This document shows, piece by piece, positions 21,284 to 31,910 of a stretch of DNA of 64,000 nucleotides. This stretch comes from an uncultured virus (IMG/VR IMGVR_UViG_3300005264_001052). Taxonomy: Duplodnaviria > Heunggongvirae > Uroviricota > Caudoviricetes. The DNA is taken from IMG/VR virus record IMGVR_UViG_3300005264_001052; one strand, given 5' to 3'. Made by a program: the position numbers and the translations under genes. Within the stretch, counting starts at the first letter, position 1. The number at the start of each line of letters is the position of its first letter. Below the pieces are notes generated by a model, which saw nothing but the letters and a program-made list of their open reading frames with translations, ran no database searches and was not told the DNA's origin.

Positions 21284-22171
21284 ATGGATATTAATTATAT
21301 TTTTGGAGTTACTTCTAAATTAAAACAAACCATGGATACTGTTGAACGAGGATTTATACTTGATACACCACAAGGTAATATACCTACTGGAACTCCTTGT
21401 TTATTATTTAGTAGTACGACATATCCAACACCAAAAAAGGTATTACTTCCTTTCCCAAATTCAAGAAAAAATACGCGACCTAGACTACTTATTAACCAGA
21501 CAAAAGATTCAAAGGTTGTAACAAAGAACATGGGAGTTTCAAATTGGTTGGATACAATTAAAACAGTAGAAATACCAAAAATTCCAATTAAAGATATACC
21601 AAATACAATAGATCGTGTTCAAAATGTTGGCCCTGTAACTTTTTTGATAAATGCTAATAATGATTTAAAAATTGATTTATTAAAAATGCTCAATTTTTTA
21701 TCTAAGAAATTTAAAATTAGTTCATTATTAGATTTTAAAAAATTTAAAAAACATAATTTATATGAAAATGAACAATTACTACTAGCAGTTACTTTAGCTG
21801 ATATAAAATGTTGTATTCCAATTTTTAATCCTATAAAAGCAAATGGGGTATTATTATATATAACTACTTATTATCCAATAAGAACAAAGAAACATGACCA
21901 ATTGATAAATTCTTTCGAAATTTCAATACTATTTTCTAAATATACTGAAAATCTTGTTGAAATAGATGGAACTTGTTTAAATTTTAGTATTGATAGTATA
22001 GATTTAATTAGAAATACAATAACAGAATGTACTTCTTATATTAATGACATAGGAAATATAAAAGAAAAATCTAAAAGAATAAGTAAAAGTACTGATATAT
22101 TTACAACAATGAATACTAGTACTTGTACTTTTAGTACTAACAACTCAGCGTCTTATATTGATAATTTTTAA
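21284..22171 (+). CDS. Hypothetical protein
   Basis: Long ORF between two GAT-II genes. Confidence 0.55.
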   Translation: MDINYIFGVTSKLKQTMDTVERGFILDTPQGNIPTGTPCLLFSSTTYPTPKKVLLPFPNSRKNTRPRLLINQTKDSKVVTKNMGVSNWLDTIKTVEIPKIPIKDIPNTIDRVQNVGPVTFLINANNDLKIDLLKMLNFLSKKFKISSLLDFKKFKKHNLYENEQLLLAVTLADIKCCIPIFNPIKANGVLLYITTYYPIRTKKHDQLINSFEISILFSKYTENLVEIDGTCLNFSIDSIDLIRNTITECTSYINDIGNIKEKSKRISKSTDIFTTMNTSTCTFSTNNSASYIDNF

Positions 22172-22199
22172 AATAATTTATATATTAAAGGAGAGATTT

Positions 22200-24038
22200 A
22201 TGTGCGGAATCGTAGGAGTAGCACGATTTGGAGAACTTGGCGATAAAAATTTAAGAGCTTCAGCTTTATATATGGCATCTAGTTTACTAGAAGTTACAGA
22301 AAATAGAGGAAAAGATGCTACAGGTATTGCAGCTCTATTTGATGATGGCAAATTTTTTGGTCAAAAAATGGGAGTCAGCGCGACTGAATTTATTGCAAGA
22401 TTTGGAGGGGAAGATAAAGATTTTGATGGTTTATTGTCAGTACTTCGCGATTACACTGCAGGATTAAGAATGATTATCGGTCATTGTAGAAAGAAATCTG
22501 TCGGTGGTGTAGATAATGTAGATAATCATCCAATTAAAACCGGTAATATTATTGGACTACATAATGGTACATTAAAAAATCATGACGAAATATTTAGTAA
22601 ACTTAATTGTCCAAGAGATGGTAAAGTAGATAGTGAGGCTATTTTTAGGTTACTTCAACATTTTACGAAAGACTGTAAAGAACCATTCACAGTAGAAATG
22701 CTTGAGGAAGTTACAAAAAGACTCGAAGGTTCTTTTAGTATTTTAGCTTTTAACGCCAATAATCCAAATCAATTGGTGTCCGCAAGAGATGCAAGACCAG
22801 CAGAATACTGTTTAATTAAACCACTAAAATTGGTTTTAATTGCTTCAGAAAAGAAATTTATGGAGCAAGTAATTTGGAGTTATAATAAACTCTCTTATCT
22901 ACACGGTGTCAATTCATTTGTTAAATTAAAATCAACGGATGTAGAATTTAAATCTCTTAGTGATGACACTATCGCCCTTTTTGATTTAACAAAAGAAATT
23001 ACTGCAGAAACCAAACTAACAGATTTATATAAAACTCATGATATTCCAAAGAGTTTAGATCGTATTTGGAAAGTTCCAGTTACAACTACATCATATGCAG
23101 GACATTCTTCATCAGTTGGGTATAATAGAGTGAATGGTAATGCTAATAAATTTTCATCAAACGATGAAAAGGAGGATAAAAAACAAAACATTACTGGGAA
23201 AAACAAAATTACTACAGCGGGTATTAAAGCGATCGGCAGTGTCTGGAACAACTCATTAAATAAGTATGTTAAAGCTTTTGGTAATAAAAAATCAGTAGAA
23301 GAAGGAAAAATTCTTGATACAGAAAAAAAAGTAAAAATGTCTATTGATGATGCCATTTATGAAAATGAACTTGACAGTGTCGATTTACCAGAAACTACTA
23401 AAATACATGAAAAAACGTTTGTAAAAAAAAATGATTCGGTTGAAGGATTTTTACCAAAAAAATTTACTGCTATTAAAGAAATAGCAGGAATAAAACCAGT
23501 TAGTAATACATCAACACTTGTGAGATTAAAAGATGCAGTAAAAAAAAGTGCGGAGAAAAATTCATCTACTTTAAGAGTAACACAAGATGCTAAAGAGGCT
23601 ATTGAAAATATTAAAACTTTTAAAGATGTATACGAAGTTGCAGAAGCATGTGACACTACGATAAGGTCTTTAAATAAACTTCCAATAACTGCTTTTGCAA
23701 ATAGAATACTTAAAAGTATGTTTTCTAAAATATTTATAAATGGTTGGGAAGTTGGAAATAAACGATCACATAACGATGAAGAATTAAAAAAAAAATTAAA
23801 AAGAGCGCAAAAACATATTAGAGTTTTAAAAGAATTAAACGCACAATTCAATTGTATTATGAATGAATCAATTAAACCAAGTACAACTAAAAATTGGTTC
23901 AAAACATTTGCAAAACACACTAACATGTCTGGTGAACTAAATACGAAAACACTTAATGATTTATTTAATGCTGGAGATTTTAGAGATAATAAAACGTTAA
24001 GATCAGCACTACTGGCCTTTCAAGAAACAGGAGATTAA
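22200..24038 (+). CDS. Second class II glutamine amidotransferase with long C-terminal extension
   Basis: True start at 22200 (MCGIVG after AGGAG RBS); RGKDATG, GHCRK, DNHP, HNGTL, DSE. Confidence 0.9.
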   Translation: MCGIVGVARFGELGDKNLRASALYMASSLLEVTENRGKDATGIAALFDDGKFFGQKMGVSATEFIARFGGEDKDFDGLLSVLRDYTAGLRMIIGHCRKKSVGGVDNVDNHPIKTGNIIGLHNGTLKNHDEIFSKLNCPRDGKVDSEAIFRLLQHFTKDCKEPFTVEMLEEVTKRLEGSFSILAFNANNPNQLVSARDARPAEYCLIKPLKLVLIASEKKFMEQVIWSYNKLSYLHGVNSFVKLKSTDVEFKSLSDDTIALFDLTKEITAETKLTDLYKTHDIPKSLDRIWKVPVTTTSYAGHSSSVGYNRVNGNANKFSSNDEKEDKKQNITGKNKITTAGIKAIGSVWNNSLNKYVKAFGNKKSVEEGKILDTEKKVKMSIDDAIYENELDSVDLPETTKIHEKTFVKKNDSVEGFLPKKFTAIKEIAGIKPVSNTSTLVRLKDAVKKSAEKNSSTLRVTQDAKEAIENIKTFKDVYEVAEACDTTIRSLNKLPITAFANRILKSMFSKIFINGWEVGNKRSHNDEELKKKLKRAQKHIRVLKELNAQFNCIMNESIKPSTTKNWFKTFAKHTNMSGELNTKTLNDLFNAGDFRDNKTLRSALLAFQETGD

Positions 24039-24042
24039 ATTA

Positions 24043-25219
24043 ATGGACGGACAATTAATCTTAGTTATATCTGAAAGTATGGATAATAACAAAAATCCAG
24101 ACAGAGAAGAAAGTGCACTTATTAGAATGTCAGCAAACACTAGAAAAGCTTTAAAATTAACTGATAAATATTGGATTTGTTACTACTGATGTATTTCAAT
24201 CACTTACCAATGTTACTACAAAAAGTGACAACAATATATGGCTTTCTAAAACGGCAAATACAATGTTGATTGGTGCAGATCCAGAATTTCTTTTATTCGA
24301 TAATGAAAACAATGTAGTAAGAGCGAATAATATCCTTCAAAAACCCGGAAAAATTGGGTCTGATGGAGCGATGATTGAAATACGTCCTGATCCTACTCCT
24401 GATCCCTTAAAATTAGTAAAAAATATGAAAGATATTTTTCAAGATAAAGAGCTCACTGATTCTATTAAAGATTTTAATTGGAAAGCTGCTATATATTATA
24501 AAGATAATGTACGTGATTATCCAGTAGGAGGACATATTCATTTAGGTAATCCTAAAGGAATAGAAGTATTATCTCCTAATGCGAAATTCTTTTTATTTGG
24601 TGTATTGAATAAGATTATGGATGAATTATTGGCGGTTCCATTGATAAAATTAGATGGGCCAGATCTTGGAAAAGCAAGGAGGTCAGATTGTCAAATGGCA
24701 ATGGGAAACACTGGTTATGGGTATTATGGGGAATGGCGTTCTTGTGACGGAAGATTAGAACATAGAACATTAAGTGGTTTGTGGTTGATGCATCCTGCAA
24801 TAGCAGAATTTGTTTTAGGTACTGCAAAAGCTATAGCTGAGGAAATGTTTGGTATAATAGATTATACTAATTATAACGTGGATATGTTTAAACTTGATAG
24901 TATGCCAATACAAAATCATAAAGAGTTATATGCTACTAATTTTGATAGTTGGGGTAATATTAAAATTGCAAAAGAAATGGGTTGTACTAAATCTTCTGGG
25001 TATATGGCAGATATACTAAATACATCAAAATCTAAAAGTATTACAAAATCATTTTTAAATAAATGGTATAGTAAAATGAAAAAGATGCATAGTTATAAAA
25101 AATATTCAAAATGTATAGATGGTTTATATACTATATTGTCTATGCCAAAAAAGAAATTTAATAATGTTGGTTTTAATATAAAAACTAATTGGATAGAGGG
25201 AAAAGAATTCCCTATTTAA
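24043..25219 (+). CDS. Third COOH-NH2 ligase type 2; N-terminal extension broken by a frameshift near 24170, catalytic ORF 24263..25219 intact
   Basis: IGADPEF, GSDGAMIEIRP, VGGHIHLG, YGEWR, LEHRTLSG. Upstream fragments MDGQLILVISESM...LIRMS and GFVTTDVF align with the 17522 N-terminus but are in different frames. Confidence 0.8.
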
Positions 25220-25241
25220 AAATAAAAAATGGAGACTTGAC

Positions 25242-26726
25242 ATGGACAAAAAAGATGTTTATATTTACTACAGTGGAGCAACAGATATAACAGGTAAAAA
25301 ATTAGAAGAAGCTTTAGGTATTAATGGTGGAAAAACAGTACCTAAAGGATTTAAAATGGTAATTGGATGGGGAGCCAAAACAAAAGATGATGTAAAATTA
25401 GCTAAAAGTACTAAAGTATTAAATCATCCGGATGCTATTAGATTGAATAGAAATAAATTTGATGCTATGTGTAAAATGAAAGAGGCACTGCCAGAAAATA
25501 TTTCTAAGTATTCATTAGCAAATAATGTAAAGACTGACTTAACTAATGGAAATATTACTCTACCTCTTGTTGGAAGAACTAAGTATCACCAAGGCGGAAA
25601 AGGATTTTGGACGTGCCCTACCATAGCACAAGTAGATGCTGCAATAAACGCAGGAGCACATCATTTTATTGAAATGGTTGCAATTAAAGATGAATATAGG
25701 CTGCATGTATTTGATGGTGAAATCATTCATAGTCAGAAAAAAGTACAACGTACTAATGAAGATTTTGAAAAAGCATTTATTGAGGATGAATTAGCTAGGC
25801 AGAAAAGTTTAGCTGAGAAAAATAATAATCCATTCGACGAAGAAACTGCTAAATTAATATTGAAAAGACAGGCAAAAAATGCAATAGCTGGTGGAGCAAA
25901 TATGATGTTAAGATCCAATAAAATGGGTTGGAAATTTTCTATCATTAAAAAGAAAACATCAATAAAATTTATTAATGATCATATGAAAGATATTGCAGCA
26001 ACTGCAATAAATACACTAGGTCTTACCTTTGGAGCAGTTGATTGTTGCATTGATGTAAACAATAATATGTTTATATTTGAAGTAAACTCTGGTCCTGGTC
26101 TCGAAGCAACATCATTTGATAAGTACGTTGAAGCTTTTAAAATTGTAATGGCAACTAAACCAACAACAAAAAAGAAGGCAGTAACTAAGACTGCTAAAAT
26201 TGCTAACAAAACATGCTTGAAGAAAGTGATGACGATGCAGAATTTGAAACAATTAGGAAGTTGGGGGCCAAACTCATCTTCGGAAATCAATAATAAAAAA
26301 TTACTATCTGACAGGGAAATAGCCTGTCAGATAGCTATATTATTAAATAATAATAATCGTTTAAGTAAATACCATGATGTATCTTCAATAATAAATAATC
26401 CAGTACACTATTTTGTAGAATTATTAGAACAAACTGTAATAGGTTGTGTTGGATTAAAAAAAGAAAACAAAATGGATAAAATAATACATCTAAGTGTAGC
26501 AAATTCAATGCGTACATTTGGAATTGGGAATAAGCTATTAAATACAGTAATTTTAAATTCTTCAAAAGATATACTATATATGAAAATCAGAGATGATAAT
26601 GTAGCTAGTATATCATTAGCAAATAAATTAGGATTTAAAATTATAGCATATACACCGAAATACAATTATAATATATTTACTTTATGTTTATTCAGGGGGA
26701 ACAATGTTCGATACAGATCTTACTAA
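25242..26726 (+). CDS. RimK-like ATP-grasp ligase apparently fused to a C-terminal GNAT acetyltransferase
   Basis: GWG, NKF, HQGGKG, EYRLHV, FGAVD, FEVNSGPG; then IHLSVANSMRTFGIGNKLL...N.AS..L..KLGF (GNAT motifs A and B). Confidence 0.8.
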   Translation: MDKKDVYIYYSGATDITGKKLEEALGINGGKTVPKGFKMVIGWGAKTKDDVKLAKSTKVLNHPDAIRLNRNKFDAMCKMKEALPENISKYSLANNVKTDLTNGNITLPLVGRTKYHQGGKGFWTCPTIAQVDAAINAGAHHFIEMVAIKDEYRLHVFDGEIIHSQKKVQRTNEDFEKAFIEDELARQKSLAEKNNNPFDEETAKLILKRQAKNAIAGGANMMLRSNKMGWKFSIIKKKTSIKFINDHMKDIAATAINTLGLTFGAVDCCIDVNNNMFIFEVNSGPGLEATSFDKYVEAFKIVMATKPTTKKKAVTKTAKIANKTCLKKVMTMQNLKQLGSWGPNSSSEINNKKLLSDREIACQIAILLNNNNRLSKYHDVSSIINNPVHYFVELLEQTVIGCVGLKKENKMDKIIHLSVANSMRTFGIGNKLLNTVILNSSKDILYMKIRDDNVASISLANKLGFKIIAYTPKYNYNIFTLCLFRGNNVRYRSY

Positions 26727-27372
26727 AATACAATATGTAGCAGCAGAAGTTATTAAATGTAACTCAACAAAAATTTCAGATGTTGAATGTGGGTTATTAA
26801 TGGGAATTTGTACTAGAAAAAATACAACAAATAATGAACTAAAATTTTTGGCACTCGCGATAAGTGAAAAGTCTGTCAGACTATATAATTTGGATGAATT
26901 TAATATTCTTACTCTTGATATCTCAGATGATGATACTCGATATATGACAGTATTTACTGATACTAAAGAGGATCAAAAATATTCTATTAATATGATAGAA
27001 GAAGTAGTTACTCAGTTGAAGAAAGACAACCGATTACAAAAAAATGATATTAATGGGGAGTTGATAAACGTAGAAACATATAAGGATTTTCCAAAGGTAA
27101 TTCTTACAGCTGATAATATCTCTGCAAAAACATCAAATACTGCCACTACCACCACCACTACTACTACCACAATATATACAAAGAAAGAACCAGAAGTATT
27201 AAATTTCAAACGTAAAGGTAAATTACCATCTACTGAGAAACTAGACTCTATGAAAGATAAGGTAGTCAGAATTGCTTCTGGTGAGTTTAAATTGAAAAAA
27301 TTACATATTCCAATATGTGATATACAAGAGATAGTAAATGATGAAAAAAAAACGTGCTCAATTGTAGTGTAA
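26704..27372 (+). CDS. Hypothetical protein with Thr-rich linker
   Basis: ORF with GGGGA RBS. Confidence 0.55.
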   Translation: MFDTDLTKIQYVAAEVIKCNSTKISDVECGLLMGICTRKNTTNNELKFLALAISEKSVRLYNLDEFNILTLDISDDDTRYMTVFTDTKEDQKYSINMIEEVVTQLKKDNRLQKNDINGELINVETYKDFPKVILTADNISAKTSNTATTTTTTTTTIYTKKEPEVLNFKRKGKLPSTEKLDSMKDKVVRIASGEFKLKKLHIPICDIQEIVNDEKKTCSIVV

Positions 27373-27504
27373 ATTATACCCCTGTAGATTGTTCATGTTG
27401 TCCAGTTGTACGAAATACAAACTTGATAGAAGAAAAAGATATATATGAAGCGGCTCAGGGGTATTGTGGTGAAGAGTGCCCATATATTAATTAAAGGTGT
27501 AAAT

Positions 27505-28494
27505 ATGGAACTTATAGGTCACAAAAATGAAAAAGAACGGATAAAAATAGCTTTAAATTCTGCTAAACACAGAAACAAAGCACTACCTCATTTGTTATTA
27601 TCAGGAGCTGCAGGATGTGGTAAAACTACTACAGCTCAATGGTTGGCTACTATTGGGGGATACGAGTACTTGCCCGCATCGCCATTAAGTTTGAAAACTA
27701 AAAAAGATGTCTATTCATTATTAGAAAAATTAAATGTTAAAGGATATAATGAAACTGGAGATCGTATAGGAGTAATAAAACCTACAATTTTATTTTTCGA
27801 TGAAATACATCAAATGCCTGTAATAGCACAAGAAATACTAGGGTTAGCTATGGAAAGATTTATATTAGAAGCGGACATCCCAAATAAATTAATATGGTTA
27901 CCTTATTTTACTATTGTAGGAGCAACAACTGATGATGGTAAATTGACAAAACCTTTTAGAGACAGGTTTAAACTCAAATTTATATTCGAACCTTATAAAA
28001 ATAATGAAATGATGGAGATAGTTAAATTCCATGCTGCTAAACAAAAACTTATCATTACAAAAGATGCAATAGTAGATATTACTAAACGTAGCAAAGGTGT
28101 ACCGAGAGTAATGGTAAATTATTTAGAAACAATACGTGATGTAATGTTAAATAAAGGGTCTACTATTATAACGAAAAATCTTACTGAAGAAGCGTTTTCA
28201 ACTATAGGAATAGATCGTACTGGTTTATCAAAAATTGAAATAAAAATTTTAAAATCATTATTTGATGCTAATGGAGCAATAGGATTAGATAATTTATCAA
28301 TTATTACAAACGAATCTCCTAAAACAATTGCCCAAACATTAGAACCATTTCTCATTCAAAGAGGGTTATTGTTACGTACTGGTAAAGGTAGAAGTATTAC
28401 AGAAAAAGGTACTAAATATCTTGAAGTAGAAGGACATCTAAAAAATAAACAACAGAGTAAAACTTTTATTGATACTTCTTACATACGTAATTAG
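27505..28494 (+). CDS. ruvB: Holliday junction branch migration helicase RuvB
   Basis: PHLLLSGAAGCGKTT, FFDEIH, FTIVGATT, PFRDRF, G.PR, EPFLIQRGLLLRTGKGR. Likely start MELIGH at 27505. Confidence 0.9.
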   Translation: MELIGHKNEKERIKIALNSAKHRNKALPHLLLSGAAGCGKTTTAQWLATIGGYEYLPASPLSLKTKKDVYSLLEKLNVKGYNETGDRIGVIKPTILFFDEIHQMPVIAQEILGLAMERFILEADIPNKLIWLPYFTIVGATTDDGKLTKPFRDRFKLKFIFEPYKNNEMMEIVKFHAAKQKLIITKDAIVDITKRSKGVPRVMVNYLETIRDVMLNKGSTIITKNLTEEAFSTIGIDRTGLSKIEIKILKSLFDANGAIGLDNLSIITNESPKTIAQTLEPFLIQRGLLLRTGKGRSITEKGTKYLEVEGHLKNKQQSKTFIDTSYIRN

Positions 28495-28502
28495 GAATAT
28501 TT

Positions 28503-29300
28503 ATGAAAAAATTATATAAATATGACATTAAAACAATTAAAGAAACGGGTTCTTCCCCTTCTACATATCTTTTAGGAGATAGCGTCGAAGAGGCAGAAGA
28601 ATTATTAATGAAATTTAGTGGTTATATTAATAATGTAACAAGAACTTACTCTGAAGCTACGGGAATAGATAGGGGAGACCTATTTGGAGATGCGGTAATA
28701 GCCTTAGGAAAAGCAAAAAAAGATTTTAATCCCGAAAAAGGTGGAAAATTTGCTCCGTTTGCAAAATTTATTATTGTAGATACTTTAAATGAATGTGTAA
28801 GACAAAATAAAGCAGCTGTAACAACCCCAGTATATATAAATAAGGCACATAAAATTATAATTAGAATAAAATCATTAATATCTAATTATACAGATGTATT
28901 TGAAGATATTCTATTAGATGAAGAATTTGATAAATTTAATATTCCTACGTCTGTAAAAATAACAATTTTATATAATAAAGAATTGTTAAATAAAGCAGCA
29001 AATAGAGCTAATATAACACTGGTAGAATTAATAAATAGAGCAGAGTTTCTCCCATTAATGATCCCTGAAGACGATATTAAAAAAGTAAATGATAATGAAA
29101 AAACAATTTTTACTAAATTAATCGTAACAGAAATTTTTGCAATATTAAATAAAAATGAAACAATAGTAGCTGAATTAATTATGAATGATAAAAATATATC
29201 TGATATATGTAAAATTCTAAATAAATCAACCGATTGGGTAAAAAATAGAATTAAACATATTAAAAATAAAACTACTAGGTTGCTATTAAAGGATAGATAA
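28503..29300 (+). CDS. Sigma70-family RNA polymerase sigma factor-like protein
   Basis: Region-2-like DLFGDAVIALGKAKKDFNPEKGGKFAPFA; C-terminal region-4-like HTH (ISDICKILNKSTDWVKNR). Confidence 0.75.
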   Translation: MKKLYKYDIKTIKETGSSPSTYLLGDSVEEAEELLMKFSGYINNVTRTYSEATGIDRGDLFGDAVIALGKAKKDFNPEKGGKFAPFAKFIIVDTLNECVRQNKAAVTTPVYINKAHKIIIRIKSLISNYTDVFEDILLDEEFDKFNIPTSVKITILYNKELLNKAANRANITLVELINRAEFLPLMIPEDDIKKVNDNEKTIFTKLIVTEIFAILNKNETIVAELIMNDKNISDICKILNKSTDWVKNRIKHIKNKTTRLLLKDR

Positions 29301-29500
29301 TGAAAAATAAATTAAAAATAAATAAAGGTATATTAAAAGAGTTAGAAAAAACCTCTTCACTATTATGTAATTTTTTAGATTATGATGCTTTTATGGGGGG
29401 TCCTATAGAAGAAGGCGGTAAAATAGAACGAACTCTTAATAATGCTATACTCATGATTAAAAATGAGGCAAAAAATGAAAATATTAGAAGTACTTCGTAA
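29300..29500 (+). CDS. Small hypothetical protein
   Basis: Coupled ORF. Confidence 0.45.
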   Translation: MKNKLKINKGILKELEKTSSLLCNFLDYDAFMGGPIEEGGKIERTLNNAILMIKNEAKNENIRSTS

Positions 29501-30872
29501 ATTAGAAAAAGATACAAAAAAGAAATTTGGAACGGAAGTATATATAGTAGGAGGATATGTAAGAGATCTTTTACGTAGAAAGAAAAATAATGATTTAGAT
29601 ATTGTAGTACGTAATATAACATTAAATGATACACAGAAATATTTAAAAAAATATGGAAGAACAAAACGATTAACTATTCATAACATTTCTGGAAAAGAGT
29701 CCGTTACATTTATATTATTTAAATCTAAAAATGATCCTATGGAAGCCCAGATCGCTGTTGTTAAAGGTATAGGAAAATATAAAAATAGTATTCATGCAAC
29801 TTTAAAGCAAGATAGTAAACAGCGAGATTTTACTATAAATGCAATGTATCTCCCAATACGTAACTTATCCCCAAAAAATGTAATAGATTATCATGGAGGA
29901 AGAAATGATATTTCAGCAAGACAAATACTATCAGTTGAATCCGCAAAAGATAAATTTATTAAATCACCTATAAGAATTTTAAGGGCATTTTCTATAGCTG
30001 CCAGGACTGGGTACACCATCACCAATCATGTAAAACATGCTATTGAAGAATGTGCTTATATGTTAAAAAAGGTTTCTCAAGAAGCCATAAGACTTGAATT
30101 AGAAGATATCTTATTAAGTGCCAAACCGTCAGTACAATTTAAAACAATGCATAAACTTGGAGTATTAAAAATAATTCTCCCAGAATTGGAAGCATGTGTT
30201 AATTGTCATCAAGATAAAAAATATCATAAATATGATGTATTTACACATTTAATTTATACATGTGATAATATTGAAGCTAATATGATTCTTAGATTAGCTG
30301 CACTATTTCATGATATTGGAAAACCTATTGTTAGAAAGATTATAAAAAATAAAGTAACATTTTATAAACATGAAGTAATAGGTGCAAAAGAAGTACAAGT
30401 TATACTTGAAAGATTACGTTTTGACAATAAAACTATAGAAAAAACAAGTCATTTAGTACGAATGCATATGTATCATTACACTAGAGAATATACAGATGTA
30501 GGAGTTCGTCGATTTATTACTAATGCAAAAGTCACTGAGGCTGATATAAATAATATTGGAAATTTTCCATTATTTAAATTAAGAAGAGCAGAAAGATTAG
30601 GAAATGGATTTAAAACTCAAGGAGTTACCCAAAGACAGTTAGATTTTGAAGCGAGATTAGTAAAAATATTTAGAGCAAGTTCTGGATTTTCTGTACAGGA
30701 TCTAATGATTAATGGTAAGGATATAATGAAAGTATTAAAACTTCCGCAAGGTAAAAAGGTGGGAGAAGTATTAAAATATCTACTTAAATTAATTATTGAA
30801 ACACCAGAATTAAATAAAAAAGATATATTATTACATCATGCATTAGATTATGTAGTAAAGGAGGGAAAATGA
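29463..30872 (+). CDS. cca: CCA-adding tRNA nucleotidyltransferase with HD domain
   Basis: VGGYVRD, DLDIV, RDFTINAM, RILRA, YHKYDVFTH, AALFHDIGKP, HEVIGA. Confidence 0.9.
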   Translation: MRQKMKILEVLRKLEKDTKKKFGTEVYIVGGYVRDLLRRKKNNDLDIVVRNITLNDTQKYLKKYGRTKRLTIHNISGKESVTFILFKSKNDPMEAQIAVVKGIGKYKNSIHATLKQDSKQRDFTINAMYLPIRNLSPKNVIDYHGGRNDISARQILSVESAKDKFIKSPIRILRAFSIAARTGYTITNHVKHAIEECAYMLKKVSQEAIRLELEDILLSAKPSVQFKTMHKLGVLKIILPELEACVNCHQDKKYHKYDVFTHLIYTCDNIEANMILRLAALFHDIGKPIVRKIIKNKVTFYKHEVIGAKEVQVILERLRFDNKTIEKTSHLVRMHMYHYTREYTDVGVRRFITNAKVTEADINNIGNFPLFKLRRAERLGNGFKTQGVTQRQLDFEARLVKIFRASSGFSVQDLMINGKDIMKVLKLPQGKKVGEVLKYLLKLIIETPELNKKDILLHHALDYVVKEGK

Positions 30873-31081
30873 ATAATAATTTGATCAAAATAACAGCACT
30901 TGAAGATGCAATGAGTGTATTAAATGAAATTAATAAAACAAAAAAATTATCTCCTGACTCATTAATTCGTGCTGAGTTAATTGTTAACCGATTCAAAAAT
31001 GATTTTGGTGAGGAGATCAATATAGATGCCACAGGACAATTCTGGTTTATCAATTAATTTTGATAAATTATGATTTATATA

Positions 31082-31397
31082 GTAATATGATTTTTGTTAC
31101 TAAAAATTATCAATTAGTAGTATTTATATGATACGAAAATCTTAATTAAAAAGTAAGGTACGAAGCATACACCAGGTTTTGATGCTATTTTTAAAATGAG
31201 TTAAATAATTAACCATGCTTGAGTTATGAGGGGGTTTCTATCGATTATACCTCCAAGAACAGCAAAAAGATCGATGTTAATTAATGTAAAGTCTACGATA
31301 AGTGGTTAAACGGTACTTTTATTGGTCGCTTACACGATAACCTTTTAAAAATGAAATAGGGTTCAAGTCCCTATCATTACTTAAAAAATCATATTAC
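31082..31397 (+). ncRNA. Putative ~316-nt structured RNA closed by a 14-bp stem and containing a tRNA T-arm
   Basis: GTAATATGATTTTT (31082) is the exact reverse complement of AAAAATCATATTAC (31384); ATAGGG-TTCAAGT-CCCTAT T-arm at 31356..31374. Confidence 0.4.
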
Positions 31398-31403
31398 ATC
31401 TCA

Positions 31404-31460
31404 GGGGGAAGTTACCAATTTCTATTGGGAGACTGTTTCGGTTCGATTCCGTTTCCCCCA
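31404..31460 (+). ncRNA. 57-nt tRNA-like mini-element (acceptor stem + T-loop, no full cloverleaf)
   Basis: GGGGGAA...TTCCCCC-A ends; CGG-TTCGATT-CCG; internal CCAAT-TTCT-ATTGG hairpin. Confidence 0.45.
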
Positions 31461-31510
31461 TAAGGATTCCACTTTGTCGAAGTGTACCTAAAAAGAAAAA
31501 ATCGACATTA

Positions 31511-31691
31511 GATGCTTATATTTATAATTTATTTACGCCGGACACCGATCCGCTAGTCAAAGTACCGAAACACAAAGTAGATAATACATTGAAACGTGAA
31601 GTAAGGAAACGTTACGCCATATCCGTGATAGCATTAAATTATAATTAGACTCTAAAGATCGAGTGGGACGTGGGTGGGAACATTAAGCATC
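31511..31691 (+). ncRNA. Putative structured RNA with GTGGGAYGTGGGTGGGAA motif, copy 1
   Basis: GATGCTTA/TAAGCATC closing stem, TTATAATTTA/TAAATTATAA inner stem; 18-nt motif at 31663 repeated at 34226. Confidence 0.45.
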
Positions 31692-31744
31692 AAAGGGTTG
31701 TTGTTGGTTTTCTTTTTTATGAAACTCTCCTTTCATAATTAAAA

Positions 31745-31812
31745 GTAAAGGACCGAATTACTTAGTTTATCACTCGGAAATGAATCACTAAGTAAACAAA
31801 CTTGTCCTTTAC
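31745..31812 (+). ncRNA. Y-RNA-like hairpin, copy 1
   Basis: GTAAAGGAC-CGAA-TTACTTAG-TTTATC...CTAAGTAA-ACAAA-CTT-GTCCTTTAC. Confidence 0.6.
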
Positions 31813-31819
31813 AAAAGAA

Positions 31820-31868
31820 GTAAAGAACCGAAATTTTTAGTTTATCAAAATATCAACTTGTTCTTTAC
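31820..31868 (+). ncRNA. Y-RNA-like hairpin, copy 2 (short)
   Basis: GTAAAGAAC-CGAA...TAGTTTATC...AACTT-GTTCTTTAC; compensatory change versus copy 1. Confidence 0.55.
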
Positions 31869-31910
31869 AATCTGTACGTACATTAAATTCCTCCTAAATT
31901 TACTGTACAC

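Noticed and set aside
23036..23926. Antisense ORFs (106 and 189 aa) within the GAT-II gene, and similar antisense ORFs elsewhere (e.g. 49891..50368, 60453..60779, 63023..63376)
   Set aside because: They fully overlap motif-bearing genes on the opposite strand and have no motifs of their own.
27140..27172. ACT/ACC trinucleotide run
   Set aside because: Encodes a poly-Thr linker with mixed codons; no sign of a contingency locus.
31404..31460. tRNA-Sec or tmRNA
   Set aside because: No TCA anticodon arm or long variable arm, and no tag reading frame or tmRNA-sized body; kept only as a tRNA-like element.
31745..31868. Tandem repeats as a CRISPR array
   Set aside because: Only two adjacent units, each a self-complementary hairpin with covarying ends; no repeat-spacer periodicity and no cas genes in the window.
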